This document shows positions 21,758-34,409 of a DNA stretch of 39,687 nt, piece after piece. The position numbers and the translations under genes are program-made. The stretch's first letter is position 1; the number at the start of each line of letters is the position of its first letter. Source of the DNA: Octopus sinensis (lineage: Eukaryota); the NCBI RefSeq assembly GCF_006345805.1, contig NW_021826265.1, positions 1 through 39,687 on the forward strand, given 5' to 3'. The notes under the pieces were generated by a model, which was not told the DNA's origin, did not search any database, and saw only the letters and a list, made by a program, of their open reading frames with translations.

Positions 21758-22221
21758 ACGTAAAGTGTACTAGCCATCTGAATGTGGCTAGCCACTGGGG
21801 GTGGGGTGTTACTGATGCTTTTAGCCCCAGGAGATCAACGTCATCAGCTGGCCTTCGACACAAAATTTCAGTGCCCTTGTGTTATTTGCAAAGGGAGGTC
21901 ATCCTCCCTCGAAAACCTAAGTGATACATACGGACTATAGTTTCAAGGTAATTGCCTCTCGTCAACGCATGGTAAACACCGGTTTTCGATGAAGGAGACC
22001 CTCTGCAAATAACAATATTTAACGTTTTTCACAGCAACCACAGTCACTGATTTAGAAAAACTGTCTGAAAGCATTAATAAATCTCTGAACGAGATATAAA
22101 CAGTAACCGCTCGACAACGTAAAGTGTACTAGCCATCTGAATGTGGCTAGCCACTGGGGGTGGGGTGTTACTGATGCTTTTAGCCCCAGGAGATCAACGT
22201 CACCAGCTGGCCTTAGACACA
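21758..22221. mobile_element. 464-bp non-coding element with 105-bp terminal direct repeats and a 12-bp TSD
   Basis: 21758-21862 and 22117-22221 differ at 2 positions. AATAATTTCAAA flanks both sides (21746-57 and 22222-33). The period is 359 bp. Confidence 0.85.
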
Positions 22222-22625
22222 AATAATTTCAAACATTCTCAATTATTCTTAACCTCTCGTGTGATAATGTGTGTACATCGTCAGTTTAAATTCTGCCAAG
22301 CAGTTGTGATATACAAACACTAGTTATCAAAACCGCCTTTAAATATGATACCTTATATGCAATAGACGATAATGCATGTTCTGAGTATGACAATTGAATA
22401 GAGGAATGGGTGACTAATCATATTTCGCTGTTATTTAATATTTTTTATTGTATATTGTCACGCTACTTCATGTGAGCAGTTGTTTGCATAATCGGCATCG
22501 TGAAACTCGGAATTATGATCGAAGAATTTCAGAGCTGCTTAATAAGCTATACACTCATTATAAATTCAATATTTTTCATATCATTTGTATGTACATATTT
22601 ATACACAGACAGACAGACAGACGCA

Positions 22626-22656
<31 letters not shown>

Positions 22657-22830
22657 CACGTACACACACACACACACACATATATATATGTGTAGATAGG
22701 TAGATAAATAGAGAGAGAGAGAGAAATAGAAAGGTAGAGAGATACATACATACACATATACTTACGTATGTATATGTATATATACGTTGTTTTCGTATTT
22801 CATGTTGTTTACTTTTGGTGATATACTGTA

Positions 22831-22867
<37 letters not shown>

Positions 22868-22871
22868 TATT

Positions 22872-22909
<38 letters not shown>

Positions 22910-23636
22910 TTATGTATATATATATATATATATACATACATACATACATATACATATACATACATACATACATACATACATACATACATACATAATATAT
23001 ATACATGTATAGCTATATATACATGTGTGTGTATATACAAGCTGTTGTATTGTTATGCGCTCCCCCGGAAATATGAGTTTTGGATTACTTTTGTATTATT
23101 CTATTGTGTTGAAATATTTCGCTGTCTTGCCCTGCTGCCAAAATAATAAGGACACAATTATAATTAACAAGAAGAGAGAATATGTCCACTCCTGACAAAC
23201 CATACAACACACTCACATACACACACACACACACACACCACGAAACGAACCGGTACACTCTTTCAAACAAACTCAGACACAGACACATATTCCAAACAAT
23301 ATCTTTCTAATGTTCTTAGATGAAGTAAAAGATATTGTAATTTCCAACAATATCACCAATGATATAATACAAGCGTCTTAAAGAAAAGACAAGCCGTGAA
23401 AATGGCGCAAAAACAATGGTACCATGTGAACAAGCTGAATAGATCTACAGGGAAGGCAGAATTAACTATTTAATTATCTTTTCACAAGTAATTCAATAAA
23501 CGGTCACCTCATCTTTAGAAAATGGAACTCATGACAAAAATTATACGACGCTACAACAATATTTTTCTCTTAGCCGTGGCCCAATTTATTTACACTGATG
23601 ATATAATGCAAGTAAGAACCTAGTGTTAATAACAGT

Positions 23637-23652
23637 ATCATTATTATTATTA

Positions 23653-23706
<54 letters not shown>

Positions 23707-23708
23707 GT

Positions 23709-23739
<31 letters not shown>

Positions 23740-23757
23740 ATATTATTATTATTTCTA

Positions 23758-23802
<45 letters not shown>

Positions 23803-23868
23803 GTATTATTGTTGTTGTTGTTGTTGTTGTTGATATTATTATTATTATTTCTATTTTTATTATTATTA

Positions 23869-23919
<51 letters not shown>

Positions 23920-23970
23920 GTATTATTGTTGTTGTTGTTGTTGTTGTTGATATTATTATTATTATTTCTA

Positions 23971-24008
<38 letters not shown>
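23637..24008. repeat. Compound (ATT)n/(GTT)n microsatellite with three higher-order units
   Basis: The markers AGT, GAT and TCTATTTTT recur at spacings of 96 and 117 bp. Confidence 0.9.
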
Positions 24009-24550
24009 GAGTGAGCGAGCAGAGCATGCCATCAAAGTGACACTGGGGTAAAATATACGAAGCCCAGTATACCCATCATGACTACCCGTCTGATAAGGGT
24101 ACACCAGGCACATGCATCACAACCATATGTGCGCGACATAGTGATCTCACATCAAGATAAACAGCACATGACCTTGCAGGTGGAGCCCAGATAGAATTTT
24201 CTTCAGATCGAGTAACCCATCCCGCTGAAAAGGTCCCTGAATAAGGGTTGTTTAAGGACGTTGAACGAAACACCCATGTTTCCAGAGGTGAATTATTCAA
24301 ACCCCAAAGAATCCATCTCAACACATGGCTATGATGCTCCCCCACTACTTCTGCTCGTGATCAGAGATGCACATATCGTCAGCCACTAAGGGACATGCTC
24401 AACTGGTTAAGGTCAAACAACTGACAAGCAAATCTGTCGTATTGAGCAGAATATTTGCTGTAGCCCATCTTTTATACCAAGACAAAACAATTTACATGAT
24501 AACACTTCCAATCAGTTAAGATCAGAAGCCATGAGAGCCACTGCCTGGTA
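24009..24550 (-). mobile_element. Interspersed retroposon-like repeat with an (AAT)n tail
   Basis: The minus strand ends ...gtgtcactttgatggcatgctctgctcgctcactc(aat)n. A second 5'-truncated copy of the same 3' end lies at 26011-26085. Confidence 0.7.
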
Positions 24551-24588
24551 TATTATCATTTTATTATTGTTAGTATTATTATTTTTAT

Positions 24589-24659
<71 letters not shown>

Positions 24660-24663
<4 letters not shown>

Positions 24664-25060
24664 TATTATTATTATTATTTAGTAGCCTTCTTTTTATAAC
24701 GCGCTTTCACTGCACTACCGAGCGCAGCTCTGTGTGCCTTGGGTGTGGGCTGTAGTTTGTTGTCATGCTTTTATTTTTACTGTACTGAAAGTGTTTTACG
24801 TAGGATGTGTGCGGTGCCTAGTAGTGCTATTTTCTTTATGTCATATATATTTGTAAGTCCTGGTGTTTTTGTTATGTATTTGTCTGAATATTTATCATAC
24901 CTAATACGCATACTATGATAGGAAGTCTTTCAGATTTTAGACTCCACATTCGAGTTACTTTTATTTCCAGGTCTTTGTATTTTGAAAGTTTCTTTTAAAG
25001 AAACATTTTTTTAAAGAAACATTGTCATCTGTTGGTATTGATACACCAATTAGAAAGCAA
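24660..25060 (-). pseudogene. Dong/R4-type non-LTR retrotransposon 3' end (RLE endonuclease remnant), copy 1
   Basis: My translation with frameshifts: CFLIGVSIPTDDNVSLK / KLSKYKDLEIKVTRMWSLKSERLPIIVCVLG / YSDKYITKTPGLTNIYDIKKIALLGTAHILRKTLSVQ* (stop 24777-79). A short 3'UTR and an (AAT)n tail follow. Confidence 0.85.
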
Positions 25061-25337
25061 TTTTATGATTTTATTGTTATTATTATTATTGTTATTATTA
25101 TTATTATTATTATTATGATTAGCTATATGATGATCATCATCATTGTTGTTTTTGCTATTACTATTACTATCATTATTATTATTTATTTATTATTGTTGTT
25201 ATTATTATTTTCATTATTGAAAAGTAATTCTTGTTGCCACTTCAACATGGCTACTTGACGTAGCAACAAGCACTGCTTTTCAATATTGTTAATATTTGCA
25301 TCTCTTATACATATTTTAGAATGAGTAACTTCGATTA

Positions 25338-25475
25338 TTATTCGGAGTCGACTTTGCCTTTCATTATTTCGGGTGCGGTAAATTAAATACCAGTTACGCA
25401 CTGGGGTCGATATAATCGACTGGTTCCCTCTCCACAAAATTTCAAACCTTCTACCTATTGTAGACATTACGATTG
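25338..25475 (+). mobile_element. Family B SINE, 5'-truncated
   Basis: gagtcgactttgcctttcat...aaattaaataccagttacgcactggggtcgatataatcgactgg. Confidence 0.8.
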
Positions 25476-25735
25476 CTGAATTGAGTCAGGTTCGTTTTTA
25501 TTCCTGGAAGAATTTATGTGTGTAGCAGGTTATTACATGCGACTTTACGTATCTACGAATCTGTGAATAGACTTTCAAACCCTCTTGATAATCTTTCCTG
25601 TCCCAAAGGGGCAAACTTTCTGTAGAAGCTCTACAAAACATTCTATTCAAATCTACTTCAACCATTTCTTTATCTCTTTAGATACAGTTCCCAATGCACC
25701 AAATATTACAGGCACAAACTTTAGTTTTCTCTTAT
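25476..25735 (-). pseudogene. Dong/R4-type non-LTR retrotransposon 3' end, copy 2 (different subfamily)
   Basis: KFVPVIFGALGTVSKEIKKWLK*I*IECFVELLQKVCPFGTGKIIKRV* (stop 25575-77) matches the VPxIxGALG...LQKxxLLGTA C-terminal pattern seen in copy 1. Confidence 0.75.
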
Positions 25736-25834
25736 TATTATCATCATCAACATCATCATCAACATCATCATCATCATTATGATCATCATCATCATCATCA
25801 AGATTCGTCCTCATCATCGTCATCATCATGAGAA

Positions 25835-26010
25835 TAGTTAGTGCGCCGTGCAAAATACTTAGCCGTGTTTCGTCCGTCGCTGCTTTCTGAGTTCAAATTC
25901 CGCTGAGCTCGACTTTGCCTTTCATCCTTTCTGGATAAATTAAGTACGTAGTTGGTGTAAGCGAATAGCCCCTCCCTGCCTATAGTACAAGGAAGTATTA
26001 TTACTATTAT
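25835..26010 (+). mobile_element. Family B SINE
   Basis: ttagtgcgccgtgcaaaatacttagc...ttctgagttcaaattccgctgagctcgactttgcctttcatcc. Confidence 0.8.
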
Positions 26011-26524
26011 TGAGTGAGAGAGCAGTGCATGCCAACAAAGTGACACTGGGTAAAATATACGAAGCCCTGTATGCCAAACATTACTACTCGGTGTGGGTGG
26101 GGAACGGTATTATGGATTCCAATGCACCCCAAGGTGCAGAAATGCTATATCAGGCCACATAATCGGAACCCTAGCTACATAAATGACATTTCGCTATAGG
26201 CTTAGCTAGATGATGTTGGCAGTTGCCGTGATTCAAATATATTGATGATGAATGAAAATTGCTTGTGGCATGGTTTATACAGAAAGGAAGTTGTTCACAA
26301 AAACAATACAATATGAAGAATAAATAAAAGGAGGAAGATAAGGGTATAATTTCGAATGAGATCCATGGTAAAATGTCTCGAATTCTTTAATGGCTGGTCA
26401 TGCTTGTTAAGCGTGACGGCGTGTTTAAGTGACTGTGGTTGCAATTCAGTGCCTCACACTTGATGACTATTTGGCACTCATCAATACTTCAGTGTTTGCG
26501 TATGTGGGTGGTGGTGTATGCATA

Positions 26525-26561
<37 letters not shown>

Positions 26562-26719
26562 ATAGATAGATAGATATATATATATACACATATATATATA
26601 TACATATATATATGTATATATTATATATATATATAATATATATATATAGATAGATATATAGATATATATATAACACATATATATATATATACATATATAT
26701 ATGATATATAATATATATA

Positions 26720-26750
<31 letters not shown>

Positions 26751-26778
26751 GGAGAGATAGATACGTTCATATACCTCT

Positions 26779-26818
<40 letters not shown>

Positions 26819-26974
26819 GTAATATTATAACTTCTTGGCCAATTAAATATTTACAAATGACTACATGACATGGGTACATTATAAGCGTTATTAGTCAAGG
26901 ACAGAGGAGCAGCGTCTATATTTGATGCAGAGTCATAAATTCAGAAGATTTTGCCATAAAGTCAACGATTTTGA

Positions 26975-28160
26975 AATAAGATGTTTAGGGGGATTGTCAT
27001 CTAAAACTACTGCAGTGCTTGACTTTATTTCACCGACCGCATAAAGATGAAGACAAACTCGAACTTGGTGGTATCTGAAATCATAAAGTAATAAACTGGA
27101 GAACATGCCACTAAAGAACGATTCTGTCATCTCGCTTCCCTGGTCATGACACACTAATATCCTTTCTAATTTTGCTACAGGGATAGCCATTTTAGAGCAG
27201 CATGTCAGTCGCATGGACAACAGTATATGACTGGTACTGTATTTTATCGACCCCGAAAGGATGAAATGTGAAGTTATCTTTGGTGGAATTGAACTTGAAA
27301 CGTAATGAAACTTGAGAAATTGTCAACAATTAATAATTGGTGGGTTTGGTGAATAAGAAATTTCGTGCTAATAAACACACACACACTCATATATATATAT
27401 ATAAATAACTTATAATTTAGGATATCCAACTATTTAAACTAGCTATATAAACTAGCAAATAATTTTTTGCTAGTTTATTTTGTCTCTCTGTCTTCTCTCC
27501 TAGTGCTGTATGAACATTGAATGTGGTTTTAGAGTCAAGTCTTGGCTGCTATATTTCCTGCGTGGTGGTATCTCTTAGCTACCCTAAATTATAATTTTAA
27601 TAATAATTATTACCTTTGAAGGTTTTTATTTCCATGCTGGCCACTTGATAAGATCGGTATTTAAATAACGATCTTATCCTAAATTATATAAATTTATATA
27701 TATACATACATACATACTATATATATATATAATATATATACATACATACATACATGCATACATATATATATATATATATATATATCTATATATATATATG
27801 TACACAGCGTGGGCTTCTACGGAGTTTCCCACAACCAACTTTATTCCTGTTTATCCCCCAGCTGGTCGAACCATTACTTTACTGATATTGCAATATTGCA
27901 CCCGGTTGGAAAAAATGACAGAGCCAACCTTAGCCGAACTGATTATTAAGTAATACACATTCACAAGAAATATCGGACTCAAATTCTAGCACAAGGCCCA
28001 CATGTTCGGGGCAGAGACTATTACCTCGACCCCAGTGCTAAAATGGTACAGATTCTATCGATTAGAGACGACATCGGTGGAGTTTGAATTTAGAACGATA
28101 AGACTAACGAAATGCTGCTAATTAGTTCCGAGTTCTAACGGTTCTGCCACCTCGCCGATC
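26975..28160 (-). mobile_element. Three decayed family B SINE copies (~26975-27095, 27165-27310, 27975-28160)
   Basis: ttttatcgaccccgaaaggatgaaa...; gcacaaggcc...cgaccccagtg...tttgaatttagaacg...tctgccacctcgcc. Confidence 0.65.
27411..27688. mobile_element. Small AT-rich MITE-like element with a 14-bp perfect TIR
   Basis: TATAATTTAGGATA (27411-24) pairs with TATCCTAAATTATA (27675-88). Confidence 0.45.
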
Positions 28161-28751
28161 AGTCAGAAAAACATATTGCTCAGATTTTTCCCGACTCTTG
28201 AATGCTTCTGAAAATACAGTCATATATAACTGTACTCACTTCCAAGTACAGCCTTACACGTCTCATTTACAGTGTTTTCGATGCTTCTACAAATATATTC
28301 CAAAATGCGAACAAACGTATTATCTTATAGGATCAAAGTGTCTTATTTGGTAGATGAACAGGTATTTTAGGGAAACTGGTAACATGTATGTAAAGGATAT
28401 AGAAGAAAATACCTCAGCGCAATAGGTTCCATATAATAACTGAATAGTTTGTTTGACTGTGATACTAATGGTTTCATGCAATATCTTAGCCTTTACTCAA
28501 CCGTAGATGGATAACCATTCACTGATGTCAAATATATGATAGAATGCATGCGTGTGAGATGCCAAGCAAAATTGCGGCAGCTAGAAATAACTGAAAGATG
28601 TAAAGTGATAATTAAATGAGTACAGAGGGAGATAATGATGTAGGGATTATCGCAGTTGATATTTGCTTGAGTTTAACCTCTACAAAACGCTGGCAGCATT
28701 GATATTCAAGAGATGTGAGCATACAGAGCGAAGATAAGAACATATATGCAA

Positions 28752-28785
<34 letters not shown>

Positions 28786-28838
28786 ACACACACACACATA
28801 TACGCTTTTATATTTCTCTAAATATACACACACACATG

Positions 28839-28873
<35 letters not shown>

Positions 28874-30016
28874 CATGTAAAACTTGATACATATTATGTC
28901 TGTTTGTGTATGCATATATATATATTTCGATATATATACACACACACACATATGCATGTATATGTGTGTGTGTATGAGTGTGTGTGTGTGTGTGTGTGAG
29001 TGTGTTTGTTACTATGTATTTACCACGTAGCTATTTCAATCGTAGTAGCAACAAATAAGCTCAGAGCTGCAAGCGTAGCCCGTGTTTACTTTGAATGTAT
29101 TAGTCAATATGTTTTAGAGCTGACAAAAGCGCAATATTCTTAGATATACATCTACACTAGACATCTACATATGAGAACTGATGCTTCAATTCATATATAA
29201 TATTCATTCACTGGTAGTAAGTTAATAGGCTTGACCCAAGCCAAGAGATATATTCATACGATATATATGTACGTTTACTCTCTACACTACGTGTGTAGTC
29301 CTGTATACTACTGTGGCTGTATGTATGTGTAATACGTGTAATATATGTGTCTCAGTCATACACATGTAAACACCCGTGTATATACAATTTCTTACCTATA
29401 TATATATAATAAAACTCTGAGCGATATATATATATACTTAGCCTTATACTGTACAGGTTTACAAAAAAATTCAAGAGAAATTGATCGCTGTATGTAAAGT
29501 GATTTACAACGTGTCATTACATGTATATATATCTATATCTAGATGTACTCACATATACACACACGTACGCACATGTACACACACACACATATATGTATAT
29601 ATATGCATGCAGTATATATGTACGCAATATATACAATATATATATATATAATATATTTATTGTATACATACACGCACACGCATATGTATATACAGATATA
29701 TATATATATATATATACAGAATACAGGAATATGTTAATTTATATATGTACGAACATTAAAGTATGTGTATATGGATGTTTATTTGTATATATATATTATG
29801 TATATATATATATTATGTACATATATATATACAGTTTTATATACATCTATACACACACATATATGTGTGTGTGTATATATATGTATATATGTTTATATAT
29901 GTGTATATACATATATAATTTCATGTTTATTTACCTTAAGATTTATACAATATATATATAAACATATGTACAATATATTATATATATATATGATATATAT
30001 GTTTATATATATATAG

Positions 30017-30075
<59 letters not shown>

Positions 30076-31286
30076 CATATACGTATGTATATATATATGT
30101 ACATGAAGAAGATGGGTTAGAATGTAGTTCGGTCTGCTTATGAGCTATTCGTATGTATGTTCAAATCTACATGCATCTACGTCGGTTGCGTCTAAAAGTG
30201 TGTGGAAATATATAGATAAACATATAAATATTAAATATATATATACATGAGTATTATGGTGTGTGTGTGTGCGTGTGTGTTTAACTCGGAGCAATATAAA
30301 CTTCTTTTATGATTCTCAATATAAAAAGCTAACTCCAATAACAGAATTTTTTTTTCTAATATATTCCGTTCTTGAAATGTTTGTGGACAAAACTAACTTA
30401 CTTTCTGATAAAAAAAATAAAATAACGAAGAACTCAAAAGAATTCTATATTAAATTACAGATAATGAAAACATTACGGCAAATATTTGTCGATATACACA
30501 TATACATTTGTTTATATATACTTGTATATATAATTACAATACATACATACAAACATACATACATACTTAACCTGCATATATCCTTAGCTATCGACTTTAC
30601 TCTCTAACTCTCTCAACGTATCTGAATGTGTGTTTGTCTGTGAACTTATACATACATGTGTGAGTGTTTTTGTGGGTTTGTATGTGGATCTGTGTGTGTG
30701 TGTGTGTGTGTGTATGTGTGTGTGTGTGTGCATTCATGTGTCTGTAAAAGTGTTGTATGAATTTCGGCTATATATTTACATGCATTAAAGCTACATATAT
30801 TTTGTAATACAGGTGTACTTTTATAAATACCAACGTCTAGATATACATATATACGGACATTGATATATGGCTGTCTTGTATGCATGTTTATATAAACTTA
30901 TATATATATGTATAATTATGTATATATATATATATATACACACATATATCTACGTATGAACATAATCTGAAAAACACACATATATGTATGTAAATACATA
31001 TATATGTATTATGTATGCGCGAATGTACGTATCATGTGTATAGTTATATATACATAATTATTCATGTACATATTTCACTGTACACAGACACACACAAAGT
31101 ACGCCTATATATGTGTGTGTATGTGTGTGCATGTGCGTGCGTCTGTGTGTATGTGTGGATGTGTGTGGGTGTGTAATGTCAATTGAATACCATATCGCAT
31201 AAGCTGAATGGTAGATAATACAATTTATTAAAAGATGTCATTTTGAAAAACCTGAATAGATAACATCTTTCCCTTCCAGACTTGCA

Positions 31287-31349
<63 letters not shown>

Positions 31350-31370
31350 TATTATATATATAATATATAT

Positions 31371-31405
<35 letters not shown>

Positions 31406-31425
31406 ATTAATATATATATATATAT

Positions 31426-31458
<33 letters not shown>

Positions 31459-31464
31459 CATATA

Positions 31465-31541
<77 letters not shown>

Positions 31542-32338
31542 ATGTATGTATATGTGTGTGAGTGTATTCGTTTATGTGTGCATAAGAGTGAGAGTTTCTA
31601 AGAATCAATTGTTGAGAATAAATCGCACTATATGGATATTGTGTAGTTCTTGGTTTGTTAAATTTGAAAAGACTGGCATCATATGTGCTGTGCGCTTTAC
31701 CATTCTCTGCGTATTCTATTTTGCTTTCGAGATAATTTTGTCTAGGACCCTAGAGATTCTTAATGCAAACATGTGCACATAAGCATATGTGCATATCGAC
31801 ATATATGTACATAGATATGTGTGCATATACATAATATATGTGCGCGTGTGTATGTGCAGGTATGAACGTAATACTATCCATATATATACATTGCTTATAT
31901 ATGTATATATATACGTATACATATATATATGTACGTATATATATAAATATGTACACATATTTATGTACATATTTAATTGTAAGTATACATAACAGTATAT
32001 ATTATATATATATGATCATTTATGTATGTGTATATTTATGTATGTGTATATATATACATAGGGAGAGAAAAAGAGAAAGAGAGCGAGACGTAATCATAGA
32101 TAATTACATGTATAAGAAGATAGATAGAAATATATATATATGCTTATGTGTGTATATATATATGTGTGTGTGTGTGTGTGTATGTATGTATATTTATATA
32201 TATGTATAAACACAATCTCAAATAAATATCTGAATATACACCTATAGACGTAGATGAATACATACACAGATAGACAGACATAGAGACAAACAGACAAAAA
32301 TATAGCTAGCTAGTTGGATATGTATATATATATATATA

Positions 32339-32387
<49 letters not shown>

Positions 32388-32406
32388 AGATAGATAGATA
32401 GAAGAC

Positions 32407-32461
<55 letters not shown>

Positions 32462-32872
32462 AGGAAAAAACATACATACATACATACATACATACATACA
32501 TACATACATACATACATACATACATGCGTGAAAGAAGCTTTTTTTGTCTGTATTCATATATGCAAAACTATTGTAAAATAAATTCTATTATAAATAAATA
32601 TAATATAAATGCGGCTCAAGTTAACTGAATTTTATAGAAGAAAAAAGAAGTGTGGGCTGATTTTTGTCATGCGTCAAGTAAATATTGATTCGTAAATTCG
32701 CCTCAAGGTCGTTGAGTGGTTGCAGATATGGCAAGTATGTTATGTTATGGCGTATGTTTCTGCCTTGTATTTTTTGTTAGAATTTCTAAGTATAGGGAGT
32801 TACGCTTGAATCCTCTTATACATTGAAATTGGTCTTCAGTCTCACACGTGTCCTTCCTTGTGTGTGCGTGTG

Positions 32873-32912
<40 letters not shown>

Positions 32913-33234
32913 GATATATATATATATAGTATATATATCATATGTATATATATTTGGTGTGTCGATACGTATTTATGTTCCTACGTATTCGAGTGTATGT
33001 ACACGCTCACACGCACACAAACACACCGTAAGACACGCGTGAGCGTGCACACACATGCACACAGACACACACGCGTATTCATGACTCCATTATAGGACAC
33101 CACTAAATATCTCCATTATTCAATGTTTTTATACTTCTCGTTTTCCATCATTTGATATGTGACTATTTTCCGAAACGTTCATATACTTTGTTTTTATTAT
33201 CAAATTTCAAGCAAGTTGTACAATACATTATGTT

Positions 33235-33274
<40 letters not shown>

Positions 33275-33280
<6 letters not shown>

Positions 33281-33790
33281 ATTGGTGCCAAAATGTTCAG
33301 AACGGCATTGTTTTCGTCAGAAAAGTAAGTGTAAGTTTTTATCAAAGTAATTTTATATTCTATAATTTTCACAGACATTAAATACAATATTAATTGTTAT
33401 TGTCTGAGATTTTGGTGTAATTTGAGAGGATAATACAAAAGTTATGGATGATTTAGTCATTTACTGCAAAATCCATGGCGGCCAAAATGATCAGAACGGT
33501 TGAAAAAATAACAAAATAATCTAAAATGACAGAGAATACTGGAATTATTTAATATTTAGTGTGAAGCCCTTTAGCTTCAATCACACTATGACATCTTCGA
33601 CTGCATGAGGAAATTAAATTTTCAATTTCTTGCTGGGTGATCTTATTCCATTCTTCCTGAAGGGCATTCCATAATTGCTCAGTTGTTTTAGGATTTCTGG
33701 CTTCCGAACGTTCTCCTAGAATATTCCATACATTTTCAATAGGATTGAGATCTGGGCTTTGAGCAGGCCAATCCATAACAATAAATTCTC
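33275..33790 (-). mobile_element. Truncated Tc1-like DNA transposon (right end with IR/DR-type TIR)
   Basis: Transposase C-terminus plus a 19-bp direct repeat at 33287-305 and 33481-99, ending at a TA tract. Confidence 0.85.
33549..33788 (-). pseudogene. Tc1-family DD34E transposase C-terminal fragment
   Basis: EFIVMDWPAQSPDLNPIENVW...LQEEWNKI...LISSCSRRCHSVIEAKGLHTKY* carries the canonical WPxxSPDLNPIE motif. It is 5'-truncated near 33790. Confidence 0.9.
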
Positions 33791-33811
33791 ATAACAAAAT
33801 ACTCATCACAC

Positions 33812-33990
33812 CAACGTTACCTTGTGAGTTCAATACCCGACGGCGTGTTGCGTCCTTCAGCAAGACACTTTATTTCACGTTGCTCCAGTACACTCCCCAG
33901 GCAAAAATTATGAATACCCCTATTTCAAACGGTCAGTTTTGTCAATCGGATTAACTGTAACTCCCCTCGTGGTAACAGGAGTGTCAGTCC
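33812..33990 (+). mobile_element. tRNA-derived SINE fragment
   Basis: gtgagttcaatacc (B box) gcgtgttgcgtccttcagcaagacactttatttcacgttgctccag...tatttcaaacggtcagttttgtca, related to the family C body. Confidence 0.65.
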
Positions 33991-34409
33991 ACTATACATA
34001 TATACACACATATATATAAATATCTATATATATATACATATATATATGTATATATTTATTATATATATATATATACACATATATATATATACCTATATAC
34101 ATGCATATATGTATATACACATACATATACATACTATACATATATACAAATATACATTTATATGTATACACACACATAATATATATTATATATATATATA
34201 TATATATTTGTGTATATTATATATATATATTTCCTAATATAGTAATGAGCGTGGCGTCTTCATATATTTGTATATATATAATACATATATATATATATAC
34301 AATATATATATATTACCATTATATTATTACATATATATATATATATACATTATATATATATATATATAATATGTGTGTGTGTGTGCGTGTGTGGGTCTGT
34401 GTGTGTGTG

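Noticed and set aside
21795-21990. HDV-like ribozyme in the direct-repeat element
   Set aside because: There is no room for P3/L3 between the interleaved helices, and CTCTCGT (21947-53) lacks matching P1/P2/P3 partners.
21766-22221. Canonical TRIM/LTR element (TGT...ACA repeats)
   Set aside because: Repeat identity extends beyond TGT, the TSD is 12 bp, and there is no PBS or polypurine tract in either orientation.
23586-24113. 175-aa poly-Asn ORF and antisense poly-Leu ORF
   Set aside because: Translation of the (AAT)n/(AAC)n retroposon tail.
26933-27220. 95-aa ORF with normal-looking composition
   Set aside because: Overlaps two decayed family B SINE copies.
4163-33325. Other CUGANGA heptamers (4163-, 12788-, 17637+, 21841-, 24200-, 24377-, ~32833-, ~33315-)
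   Set aside because: None is followed by a stem II closing onto GAAA with a stem III/UH site.
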